This document shows positions 50,001-62,236 of a DNA stretch of 64,000 bases, one piece after another. The notes beneath the pieces are model-generated. The model saw only the letters and a list, made by a program, of their open reading frames with translations, had not been told where the DNA came from and did no database searches. The position numbers and the translations under genes were made by a program. Origin of the DNA: Cenococcum geophilum (lineage: Eukaryota); the NCBI GenBank assembly GCA_050273025.1, contig CP158636.1:5270001-5334000 (forward strand), written 5' to 3'. Positions within the stretch are counted from its first letter, which is position 1. Every line of letters starts with the position of its first letter.

Positions 50001-53000
50001 GTTATATAATAAGCTATAGCCCTTAAAAAAGCTATAGAAGAAGTTAAGAAAATTAGAGCCGAATGTTAAGTAGTAGATACTCTTAATATGCGCAACGGCC
50101 CTAAAATAACCGCAATTTACGACCTACTACTTAACTTACTTATACTAGTATGGAGAGAAGGACCTATAGGCCAGCCTAGTTTCTAGTTAGGTCCCTATAA
50201 TCTACTTAGTATTAATAATAAGACCTATACTATATAACTCCCCTATAGCCCTATTAACTTTTATAGTATAGTTATAAAACTATACTTATAAGAACCTAGA
50301 GATATAGAGGATATATAACCTAATAACAAGAATAAACTACCTTAGTTAATTGTAGAACTACCTTAGGAACCTTAACTAGTTAAGTAAAAATAAGGTAAAC
50401 TATATAAGTATTCTATCGTAGTTAATACTATAAATATATCTATATATTTATAAGATAAGAATAAGACTAATAGTTAGTTTATAGCCTTATAATAGAAAGA
50501 GGTTAAAGGACTACTTAAGAAAGGAGTCTTTAAATTAGTTAATATTAAGGACGTACTTTAAGGCAATAGAGTATTTAACTCTAGATTTATTAATAAAATT
50601 AAGAATCCCGGTACTAATAAGGCCTTTAAGAAATTAAGACTAGTTATATAGGCCTATAATAACCTAGAAAAAGACCTTATACTAACCTAATTACCTACAA
50701 TTTAACGAGTTAGCTAACGCCTTATTTTCTATATTACGGCTATAACCTAGACTAATAATATATACCTTTACTTACGAAACATCTTATAAGCCTATATTTA
50801 GTTAATTATAAAACTAAATTAAGACTTCTATATCTAAGTACCTCTTAAACTTAGTATAGCACTTAGAGTCTTATAAGGCACAATCCTTAAGGTTATTAAA
50901 CCTTTATACGGCATCCCAAAAGCAGGCAATTATTAGTTTAAAACCTATTATAACTACTATACTAAGGAGTTAAATATAAACCAATCTACTTACGACCCCT
51001 ACTTACTCCACCTTAATAATTCTACAAGCTTTAAAATAGTTGGCCTTTAGACTAATAATACCCTCTTTTTAGCTAATTCGGTTTTTACAGCTTTAAAATA
51101 AAAAAAGATTAAGAAAGTAAAGTTTCTAACTAAGGAACGTAAGTAGCTTATACTAGAGCACCCAATTAAGTTTAACAGAGGTATTATTTAATAATAGGAC
51201 TATATAATTATACTTATATAAGAGCGCCAATACTAGAACCTAACCCTTATTAATATTAAGGAAGCTATTATAATAACTAGCTCTAAAGGTACTATTTATA
51301 CGGTACTTACACCTAAGGACTAATACGTTGCCTAATAAGTAAGAGGAGCTTATATTGCGTTTATATGCCAGCCTAAAGCTTCTTTTAATTTATCCTACGC
51401 TGCCTAGGTAATTAACCCTAATAAGAAAAACACAAAACTACTTAATAAGAGAATTTAGTGGCAAATTAAAAACTTAATAAGAGGTTTAAGCTTTGTTAAA
51501 CTTAATATAGAGACACTTTAACTACTTATATTTACCGATTCCTTATTTATAAATAATAAGGACCTCTTATTACAAATTAAATATATCCTAGTACTAGCAG
51601 ACTTATTAAATAAGGCAAATATTGTCTACTAGTTCTTAGTTAAGTGTAAAAGAGTTACTAGAAGCGTACTAGCCTCCGAATTATACGCTATAGCCTATAG
51701 TTTTAATATTGGCGCTGCAATTAAGGCCACAGTTAAACTATAACTTAATATTAGCCTACCGCTTATTTTTTATACCAATTCTAAGTTAATCTATAAATGC
51801 CTTATTAAGCTAGGAACAACATAGGAGAAAAGACTTATAATTAATGTTATATGCCTACGCCAGTTATATAAAAGATATAAAATAGCTAAAGTTAAGTAAA
51901 TTAACGGAGATAGCAACCCTATAGACGCTATAACTAAAAGTAAACCGTTATTAGCCCTTAAGCGACTTATTAATATAAACTAAATTAAGTTAGAGACGGT
52001 AGAATGGGTAGAACGTTCTACTAATAATAGCGTTAATTTAGAGGCATAGGGTAAGGAAGGAAGGGAGGAGAAGTGCGTATATAGATTTCTCGGACTATAT
52101 AGTTATAGCCTACTAGTTCTTTATATTTTCTAAAGTACTCCTAGTATAGCTAGAAGCGTTAGACATATCGCGAGGACGGCTAATACGCTAGTGGTAAGCA
52201 AACTAATAGTGTAATGGTAGAATATAGCAGAATATAGCAGGATATAGCCAACATACTAGTAGTAAGCGAGTTAATAGCGAGGTAGTAGAATATGGCAGAA
52301 TATAGCAGGACGCGCCCAATATATATGTGTGACGCGCGTCGCAAGTAGAAAAACAACAATCCACTAACAATACCGCATAGTACATATCATTGTGATATAT
52401 ATATTCTGCACGTTGTTAAAGTATACCAACACTAAAAATAAGCTCTAAGCCACTGATTTTATACTGGCAGAATCGAACTTAGCAAAAGATTCGGGCAGTA
52501 AAGTTACTGCTAAGTGTTACTGCCCGGATCTTGACCGAGGAAAGTGTCTTGAAAAAGAAGAAAGCGGGTCCTGGATGGAATACCGAGGCTTACCGGAGTT
52601 TATTACGGCTTTGCACAACAAAATACACCATCTCTTTGTTGTCAAGCGATGAGCCCCGTATACTCTTCAACATCCATTTTTCTCGCCATGCCTACTTAGT
52701 GATCTGATACGTTCAATGCGCTGTTGATGAAGGCGTACAAGCGAACAACCCGTAAACTTCGCCAAATAAATCCAGCAGCTTGACACTCTATTTCCATATT
52801 TTCAGATACGTCGCCCAAGAAGACTCGGACTGTTTCGTTCCTTTAGTATCCCGCATAATCACGGGTGTAGTTAGCTCGTGATAGTAATGGAGGCGGCCGA
52901 AAAGAGTGGATGGTCTAAGCTCTTTAAGCTTTCTGAAAAGCTTCGGGCTAGAGAACAAGACAACTAAATCACTGCAAGAACTGTACTATACTGAGACCAG

Positions 53001-54768
53001 TAAAAGCCATCCTTACTCTAATGCATGGGGAGGTCATTACACTTTAAGGGAATCTCAAATTTCACAGAAACGAGCCTCGCCTGGTCTGATATCTGAATTG
53101 GACGGCCACTACCGGAGTTTTACTGCGTCTGGATAAGGCCGCAAATTTTGTTCTTAATGGGTATAGTCCGAGAGATCTGAAGGCGTAGCTGACCGAGTAC
53201 TGACTCGGAGACCCTAGCCATCTTCCGGACACTCTAAATCTTCTGCCAAGTTTCACTCTGCCAGTGCAAAATTACGTATATATGTATGTATGTATATTCT
53301 ATTATGGCTATGCACTATCTAGGGTATAGGCCGTTACAGAGCGCTAACTAAATACTTCCTGCTATTAATATGCTTGCTCTAGTTTAGAAGCTAACTATAA
53401 GAACTATATATCTATTACCTAACACCATACTTAACTAAGGAAAAAATAAAGGAAAGTAATATGTTACTATTAGAAGAAAGTTAGAGTTTAGAGGTAAGCC
53501 TAAGTAAGTAGTTTTTGATGCCTTATGTCCGCAGGGCTATTCTAGCGTTATACGCTTTTTAATTGGCGACGTACTAGTAGAGGCACGTGTAGAGGAGGCT
53601 TGCGGTGTATTCGGTTAGATAGTTAGAGGGGGAATTCTTAAGAGTCTTTGCTTATTAACGTCGGCTTCTATACTCTTTGTATCTTATACGCTTAAGTATA
53701 AACATCCGGTCTTTTTTATAAATTTAATCGTAGCTTTAACTACGCTAATGTCTGGCTTTTAGCGCTTAATTGGGCCGTTAATATTCCTACCTCCTTTTTG
53801 TCTGCGTAAGTAGCCTTCTAATATATATAATAGATCCCTAAATCAATCTCCATATTACTCTCTTAGTTTAATCCTCTACTATGCCCACTTCCTATAAGAG
53901 AAGAGGAAGTGCTATATTAATTCTATAAGCCTATAGTTGTATAACGCCGTCTTTAATATATTAATTTTATAGAGATATTTTTTTAGAAATAACTTGCCGG
54001 TCCGTAGCTATATAAGGATGGCAGCTTCTAAGCTAATTAGCTGCTGGTATAATCCTACAGCCTTTTTAAGGTAGAGTGCTGCGTTAATTTTCCTTATAAA
54101 CTTGCCCGTATTAGATCTTCCTAATAAAAGCAGTCCTGTTATTATCTTAGCTCTTTTTAAGGCTTGCGTTATAAGGTACTATAGGAGGCCGTCTCTCTAT
54201 AGTAGCTCCTCACTCTCTAGTTTTATTGCTGTTTTAATAAGCTTATTAGCCTTCTTATTTCCTATAAACTCTAAGTAGCCTAGAATCTAGTATAGCGTAA
54301 TATTATTTAGCTAAAGCTTCTTTAAAATCTTTATAACTACTTCCTAGCAGGCTTTAGCTCTCTAGCTTTATACTAATAGCAACGCTAATTATAAGTTAGA
54401 AAATATTCTTATACTAGAAGCAGGTATTAGAAAACCTACTTAGTTAACAGCTATATACGTAGGGTCCTATAGCTAGTTAGTTGCTTTACTAATTGCTAGA
54501 AGCTCTATAAGGTAAGCGTTAGCCTAATTAAAGCTCGCTACTATTTTTAAAAGCGTTACTTTAAATGGCGTAGCATATATACTAACTCCTGCCCTACTAT
54601 TACGCACTAATATATTAACGTATATATTAACCTGCCCTAGCTTATAGTCTTTAATAACAGCTTAAGCATGCTCTTTATCCTTATATATTACTATATTAGG
54701 CTTAGCCACCTACGGCGGGCATATATACGGTTTAACCTTTAGCACCCTATTTACCTAGATATCCTTAT

Positions 54769-57700
54769 TATAAGGTAAGGATATAGATAGGGAGCTTAAT
54801 GATGGAACAATAGGGTATATTGTATAGACAGAGACGAATCCTTAAGGGAGAAGGAGGAGTCTAAGGTGCGAGGTAAGGGGTTTCCATAGGCACGTATAGC
54901 GTACGTGCCTTACAGGCGAGTTGCCTGCGGGTCGCCTGTACCTCATAGCTATATAACTATATACTTAGGTTTTACCTAACAATGCCCCCCCCTTTAAAAA
55001 GGGTCGTCCCTAATCCTTTATGTACTTAGGCCTTAATAAAACCCCATAAAAAACCTTAATAAGGAAAAATTGAAAAGGGAAAGAGTGTCCTAATTTTGCG
55101 CATAAAAAGATAGGTATATACTTCGCCGGTAAGTTATAGGTTATTTATATATAGCCAGGCGTATAGTGGTAAGGCAGTATGCCCGTTAAATCCACCGCTA
55201 ACCCCATACTTTAGCCTTATACTATACCTACGTAGTATATAGAGATTCCGCTAAGTTCTGCCAAATTCTGCTAAATTCTACCAAATTCTAGATGCGTACT
55301 TGTATAAGCAGGTCGCTAATACCTTACGGGTAGGTTATAGGTTATTCGCATGCAGCCAGATTTATAGACGGTAAGGCTATATACCTATTAAATCCGCCAC
55401 TAACCCCGCTTTAGCCTTACGCTATACCGGCGTAGCGCCGTATATACTTCGTGGGTAGGTTATAGGTTATTCGCATATAGCCAGACGTATAGTAGTAGGG
55501 TAGTATACCCATTAAATCCACCGCCGACTTTATACTTTAGCCTTGCGTTATCTATATAGCACATGCGTAGCATATACGTAGTTACGTCAGGTCGCGATGC
55601 GCCTGCGTAAGGTATACGTTTAGGGGTATACAGTATCCAAGTCTTCTGCCTATCTAACGTTAGGTTGCAATACGCCTGCGTATAATATGCGTTTAGGGGT
55701 ATGCGGTATCTAAGTCTGATATATAAATCGTTGGTATAGGTTACTACTAGTAGGTCACTAGCAAGTTATAGACCTCGGTTAAAGGACCCTAGTTACGGAC
55801 GGATCTGTCCTCTAAGATATAAGTTATTAGTATAGGTTGCTACTAGTAGGTTACTAGCGGGTTAAAGGACCCCGGTTAAAGGACCCCGGTTATAGGCGGT
55901 ATCTATTACCAGTAGGGACTTACCCCTAAGTCAGCTAATTACGCGTAGAGCGTAAGGTGTTCCTTTTGCTCCACGGATAAAATTAACTAGTAACTTATAG
56001 GGTCGTCGGGTCGCGATACGCCTACGCAAGGTATGCGCTTAGGGGTATGCGGTATCCAAGCTTTCTTTTCTCTAACGTTGGGTCGCGATATACCTGCGCA
56101 TAATATGCGTTTAGGGTATATAGTATCCGAGTCTTCTTCCTATTTAACGTTAGGTCGCAATGCGCCTATATAAGGTATATATTTAGGGTATACATTATCT
56201 AAGTCTTTATAGAGTAATGTATACATTATCTAAGTCTTTATAGAGTAATGTATATATTATCTAAGTCTTTATAGAGTAATGTATATATTATTTAAGTCTT
56301 TATAGAGTAATGTATACATTATCTAAGTCTTTATAGAGTAATGTATATATTATTAGCATAGGTTACTACTAGTAGGTCACTAGTAGGTTATAGACCCTAG
56401 TTAAAGGACCCTGGTTACGGACGGGCCTATTACATAATATATATATATAGTCGTCGGTATAGGTTACTACTAGCAGGTCACTAGTAGGTTAAAGGACCCT
56501 AGTTAAAGGACCCTAGTTATAGACGGACCTACCACCTATTACCTAACGGCTAGGACTTATCTATAACGGCTTACCGCTAGTGTTCTTTGCGGTTACTACC
56601 TACGTTCCTCTAGTAAGTTATAGGCGTAGCGCCGGCGTCTAGGGGGTCCTTAGGGCCATCCGGCTGTTAAGTAATCTCCCTAGGAGTTTGCTTAGGAAAG
56701 CCTTGCCTTTTTTAGGTTCTATCTTCTAAACCTAACCCTACAAAGCTTACGCTACGACCACGCTTTAAGCGCGAGGATCTGCTACTAACTACGCGATTTT
56801 CCGCAAGCTTTATAGTGTTAAGTAATTACTCTATACGGCGGACTTTAGCAAAGAGGTCCTTAGTAGTTCTTACCCATGCAGTAAAGTTCTGGCGAAAGAG
56901 CTCTGCTTATAGGTAGGTTAGGAGATATAAGAACTAAAAGTCTACCTGCTAATTAGGATTAATAAAGGGAGTATATAATAAGAGGTCCTCTAAGCTACGT
57001 ATATAGGCTAAAAAGGTGTTAAACTTCTAATTCTCCTTTATTACAGTCGTATAGTACGCAGTAGTATTATTAAAGCGTCTTACTGTAGGGTCCTTAATCT
57101 GGTCTTAGACCATAGTCTTAAATTTATCCCATAGTAAAGGACCTTTATCTTTGGCGCCCAGCCGGCAATATACCAGTTAAGTAATTATCTTCGCTTTTAT
57201 AAGACCTTTAATGGCCTAACGTATACGTTACTTACAGTTATAGTTAGCGTTATTAACCTTAAATCGGTTCTTAACTGCGGCGATCTACCAGTTAAACTTC
57301 TGTTAAGTAGTGCCACTAATATCGGGCGGTAACTTCTTAACCAGGGCGTTAAGATTTGTTCGGCGTATACGCTCGCTACGTAACTCGTATTCTTCGCTTA
57401 AGAGACAACAATAATAGGAGGGCTTCGTTAAGTCAACGATGCTCTGTAAGTTGGCTATTTTCTTAGCTAGCTTATCTAGCTCCTTTGGGTTAGCAGTATT
57501 CGGTAGGACGCTAGTAACCTTACTAAGCTCCTATTAAGCCCAGGTATATAAGTTAAACTAGTCTCTAGCGTTCGTAGATATTTAATCATCTTAAGATTCG
57601 GAAGGTGGCCCAGATATTACTAGTATAGAGACTTCGTCTGCACTAGATCCTAAGGCGTTCTACTATTGTATCGCGGGCGTATTGCCGTTAAGTGTAGGGG

Positions 57701-57994
57701 TCGATCTTGTCTTCGGAGGCATCGTGGATTATAGGAAAATTAAACCGGCTATCCTCCTAAAGGGATTAGTAAGGATTCGAATATAAGATAAGGATATAGA
57801 TAGGGAGCTTAATAATGGAATAATAGGGTATATTATATAGACAGAGACGAATCCTTAAGGGAGAAGGAGGAGTCTGAGGTGCGAGGTAAGGGGTTTCCAT
57901 AGGCACGTGTAGCGTACGTGCCTCACAGGCGAGTCGCCTGCAGGTCGCCTGTACCTCGCAGCTATATAACTATATGCTCAGGTTTCACCTAACA
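54769..57994 (-). mobile_element. Element F: non-autonomous gag-only LTR element related to Gypsy B; 213-bp LTRs 54769-54981 and 57782-57994
   Basis: TSD CTTAT (54764-54768, 57995-57999). LTR, PPT and gag (57722 to ~56560) align with Gypsy B. No RT or integrase core; tandem repeats instead. Confidence 0.9.
56189..56353. repeat. 31-bp tandem repeat, about 5 copies, inside element F
   Basis: Unit TACATTATCTAAGTCTTTATAGAGTAATGTA, head-to-tail with no spacers. Confidence 0.9.
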
Positions 57995-60900
57995 CTTATA
58001 TATCTCTACTGTCCTCTAAAGCGGCAATTGGTGCCGTTTATAGAGCCTTTGTCTTCGAATCATCTAATAAGGGTGTAATTTGCCTAGTTTATAGATTGAT
58101 ACCCAGAACACAATAGCCTGGTTACGCAGCCTTTGCTTAAGAGGGAGTAAGCCAGCTTCTACCTCCGCTATTAGTAGAGTAATAGTGCGGAACCCCCTAA
58201 TAATAGCTTATACCGTAATCCTCTGCGCCTACTAGAGGAGCTATATTAATTCTTATATTATAAGCGGGTACTATATTAGCGATGCGTAGTCTATTACTAG
58301 TAGGACTAAGCTCTTAGCTAGCTGCTTAACGCTCTTAGACTATAGTCCCTTTAATCTACATAACGCTAGCGCTACCTTAGTGGCCTTACCTACCTTATTT
58401 ACTAGGTGTGCCTTAAACCGTAGCTCCTTATTAAGAATTACCCTAAGGATTTTAACTTCCTATATTAGGGGGATTCCTTTTCCTTTAAATTGGAGTAATA
58501 TGGTAGTATCCCTACCCACTTCTTTATATTTGGTAAGGTAGATAAATAACGTTTTCTTTACTTTAAATTGAGCTTTACTAGTCCTCTCCTATTTCTTAAG
58601 CATTGGTATAATCTCGCCCTAGATAATCTGCGTGTTTTCCTCCGCTATAGGGCCTATAACCTATACTAAGTAGTTATTAACGAAGGCCATAGAGCTGCCA
58701 TTTCTGGGTGCGCTTTATATAAGATCTGCGTTAAAGAATAAAAAGAGTATTAGGGCTAGTGCTAATCCCTGCGGAAGACCTGCCTATAGAAGCGCCTGTA
58801 CCTCTAATATATATTTATTAACTAGGATATAGGCTTAACGGTTTGTATAGAAGTCTTATACCTATTATATAATTGTCTAAGATATTTAACACTGCCGTAG
58901 TTTCCTAATTTCCGGCTCTATAGCCACATTATTATACGCACCCTTAATATTAAATAATACTAAAGATAGTATTTTCTTTCCTCTTTATACTCTAAATACG
59001 TCCTTATAAAGATATAATAGCGTATATATTATTAACCTTTGCTTCCTAGCTCTAAAGTATATCTTAGGTAGTAGGCTATGTTCCTCTACTAGGTATACTA
59101 TCCTCTCCACTACTAGTAATTTAAGTGCTTTTTTTAGCGTTAGGAGGAGGGAGATCGGCCTGTAGTTGTTTGCTACTATATAGTCCCCCCGCTTCGGCTT
59201 TTATAGCGGCACAATCTTTACTACCTTCTATTCCTATAGTACTTTCCCTATCTTAAGTAATTTGGTAAAGAGAGTAGTGATTTTACCGCTTAGTATGGGC
59301 TATAACTCTTGCTATACCCTAGCTGGTAGGCCGTCCCTTCTAGGAGCCTTATTTAGGCTAGCCCTAAACATAGCTGCTTTAACCTTATATTTGGCGATAG
59401 GCTCCTATAGTAATTAGTTATAGCTAGCTATAGCGTCCTTTTCTTATTCGCACGGCGGCGGGACTAGAAAGAATACCTAGAGTAGTTCTCTTGTAATATT
59501 ATAGTTCTCTATAATAACCTCTCCCTATCCTTTAGCCTTCTTAATTAGCGGTATTCTAGCGAACGCGGATATAGCCTATAGATTAAGGTATTTTAACGCT
59601 TTTTATATATTATCACTATTATTAAGGAATTTATCCTAGTAGAGCTTCCTATATCGCCGAATAGTTCTATAAAAAAGCTTCTTTACTCTTACTACGATAT
59701 TATATAGTTTAGGGTTATCCCTTCCTTATCTCCATATCGCACTATTCCTATTTCTTTAGTATATATATAACTTCCTTAGCGTTATAAGGTCTTCGTTCCA
59801 CCATCTTTTTATATATAGTAATAGCTTAGCCCGCTAGCAGTATATACTTTAAGGGCTTTATTAACCTACCTATTAAGGCAGTTAACTATTTTATCTATAT
59901 CTTCTATAGGGAATCCTATCTCTTTTTATTGCTCTACGTCTTCTTAAATCTTATCCTAGTTCGCATTCTTAATAAGTAGCCTCTCTTAGCTCTCCTACGT
60001 ATCTATATTAACCTAAAAGCTAGTATAAATAGCTCTATAGTCTGACCCGTATTTATATTTTTAGATAGCGTACTTTACTAGTTTACTTACTAGGCCTAGG
60101 GTTGTAAGTATAAGGTTAATTATTAATATCCGCCCCGCGTTACTCTTAAATATAAGTACTCCTACTAAAAGTAGGCTCTAAAGTAACCGGTTTACTATAA
60201 AGTTAATAATTAGCGCACTTTCTTCCTGCGTTAATATAGTACTAATATAACTTCCTCCCTATAGCGGATTATGCCGATTAAAGTTACCTATAATTACCAC
60301 CTTAGTATATAGGTTGCGCAATAGTTTACCCTAGATTAGACTATTAATTATCTCTAGCCTACTAGAGAGCTCCTTTAGGTTCTCTTCCTTAGTTCTTCTT
60401 AAATATTTATCTAGAATATATACCGACATAATTATAAGTCTCCTTTAGCCGACGTACGCTACTACCGCTATAATATCTGCTAAATCTACCTACAGCTATA
60501 TAGCTGCTAGCTCTTTAGACGCCTAGATATATAACCTAACTAAAGAATACTACTACTGCCTGCCTATTAGGACAAACCTTATTTACTAGGGGTTTAAGCT
60601 AGCTAGCACTACTTCCCTATCTAAGAGAAAGCAGTAAGGCTCTTAGCCTAGAATAAAGTAGAAGTCCGCTAGTGCTTTATTATTATATAGCATATACTAC
60701 ACTTCCCTATACTTCTTTATATTCGCCTAAAGAATCTAAAGTTCTCTATTTATAACACTATTATATAAAAATCCTATCCATTTCTTTCCTATATACTAGG
60801 TATTTACGGTATAAGGCTTAGTAAGGACCCTAATAGTTTACATAGTGTAGATTAACCATCTTATACTAAAGATGGCCTTCCTACCTACACATTTTGCATA

Positions 60901-62236
60901 TATTAGGTTATATATAGTCTCTAGCCCTATATCTAAACCTTTTATATTTATAGCATGCTATAGGGGTACGTTATTCCTTAAATAGCGATATAATAATCGC
61001 ACCTCCCCTAAATAATACGTTATCTGACGTAAGCAGCTTCTCTATATCCTCTTTTATTACCACTTTAACAATTATCGACGTATGCTAGCCGTGCGGCCTT
61101 AGTTATCTAAGCTATCTTATTATATATACCTCTACCCTATTCTCTACCCCAAAGCGCTCCATAGCTAACTTATTTACTTTTCCGCTGTTAATATTTATTA
61201 CTAAAGGTACTTTAACCTAGTTTGCCTTAACTATATACTACTTAGGTCCGATAAGCCTCGCCTTAGGGATATACGATTTAAGCTATTAGGCAGTTATTTA
61301 CCTAAATATAGCTTTTTTATCTTTTCCTACCAAGAATCTAATAATGCTTGCGCTGTCTCTTATTTGCTATATATAGAAGTCCTTAAGTATAGCTCCCATA
61401 AGCCTATCTACATCCTTTATACCTTATATAATAGTTTGCTTTACTACTTTAGTAGTAACTACCTTCTCTATTATCTCCTTACCCGCTTAGCTAACGTCTA
61501 TCACTAGCTACTAATTAGGTTCTTTAGAGTTCCTAGTATTTATCGTTTATAGCTAAGTTACCTCTACCCCTGCTATACCTCTACTAGCCGCTACTAATAC
61601 CTATAATTATGTTGGAGCTAAGGGAGTATTTAGTTGCGCTTATAAGGACTAGATGGCCTTTTAGAGTTTAGCATTTTACTTTTTAAGGCTTTACTATTCC
61701 AATTTAATATCTACTAAGTCGTTTCTAATACTCTTAATAATACTATTCTAGTTTATAATAATATTGCTCTGCTATATTATAGTTTCTTTAAGGCTTTTAA
61801 TAAGTTAATAAAATTCGTCACGATTAATACCTCCTCTTTTACGTTTAGGTAAGGCAAAGGCTCTTACTATAGGGAATGGGGGCAGTATATACTGTATAGC
61901 TTATAGTCCGGTTTATAGTGCGGTTATCTACTATTTAAACTATACTAATCTTTAGAATTGTGTCTTTAGCGACTACTGGGCCTCTTGCACCTTTGCGCTC
62001 GGTTTCTTTATACGTCTTAGTAGAGCTACTAGCGGTTCCAGAGGTGGTGTTGCTAATACGCGTTTAGGGGTTAAAGCAGCCATCAGGGCTCCGGGGCTTC
62101 GTTCGGTGGGCTATAGGGGCCGCCTTACAGCGGGAACTAGCTAAACAAAAGACTAGGATTCGATTAAAAGAATGTCTGAGATAAATATCCTCCTCTTTTA
62201 AAAGTTACTTGTCTAACCGTGACCAGTGCAAAATTA

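Larger units (their letters stand above)
28353..52431 (+). mobile_element. Copia C: Ty1/Copia (GalEa-like), about 5.9 kb of own sequence, hosting Copia D, LINE-2 and Copia E; 287-bp LTRs 28353-28639 and 52145-52431
   Basis: TSD CTAAA (28348-28352, 52432-52436). Integrase frame resumes across inserts (LHIIDEGT|RFQAGRWL). RT/RNase H at 50500-52020. CTAATTAGT after the 5' LTR. Confidence 0.9.
5164..52537 (+). mobile_element. Mutator-like (MULE) DNA transposon, about 4.4 kb of own sequence, carrying about 43 kb of nested insertions
   Basis: TIR of about 54 bp (CGGTCAAGATCCGGGCAGTAACACTT...) at 5164 and its inverse ending at 52537. 9-bp TSD AGGAAAGTG at 5155-5163 and 52538-52546. Own sequence lies at 5164-6950, 7395-7834, 13906-15213, 27534-28352 and 52432-52537. 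Confidence 0.92.
53276..62222 (-). mobile_element. LINE-3: Tad1-like LINE with RNase H domain, RIPed, interrupted by element F
   Basis: TSD CCAGTGCAAAATTA(C) at 53261-53275 and 62223-62237; (TACA)n tail at 53276-53296. Minus-strand motifs: APE GDFNRH, RT NYRPISLL and GLPQGS, RNase H WIPGH..GNEEADKL (~54240-54290). Confidence 0.9.

Noticed and set aside
26823..52385. Short hydrophobic I/L/Y-rich ORFs in the ORF track (e.g. 26870-27148, 42639-42824, 43802-44116, 47557-47823, 52203-52385)
   Set aside because: Antisense or off-frame by-products of AT-rich RIPed TE sequence.
5164..52537. Starship or other giant cargo-carrying element
   Set aside because: No tyrosine recombinase captain or host-like cargo genes were seen. 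The ends are MULE TIRs with a 9-bp TSD and the extra length is explained by nested TEs.
52906..53256. ORFs in the non-RIPed island
   Set aside because: Short, non-ATG starts, no recognisable motifs or splice structure.
56189..56353. CRISPR-like array
   Set aside because: Head-to-tail repeats without unique spacers, in a eukaryotic retroelement, with no cas genes.
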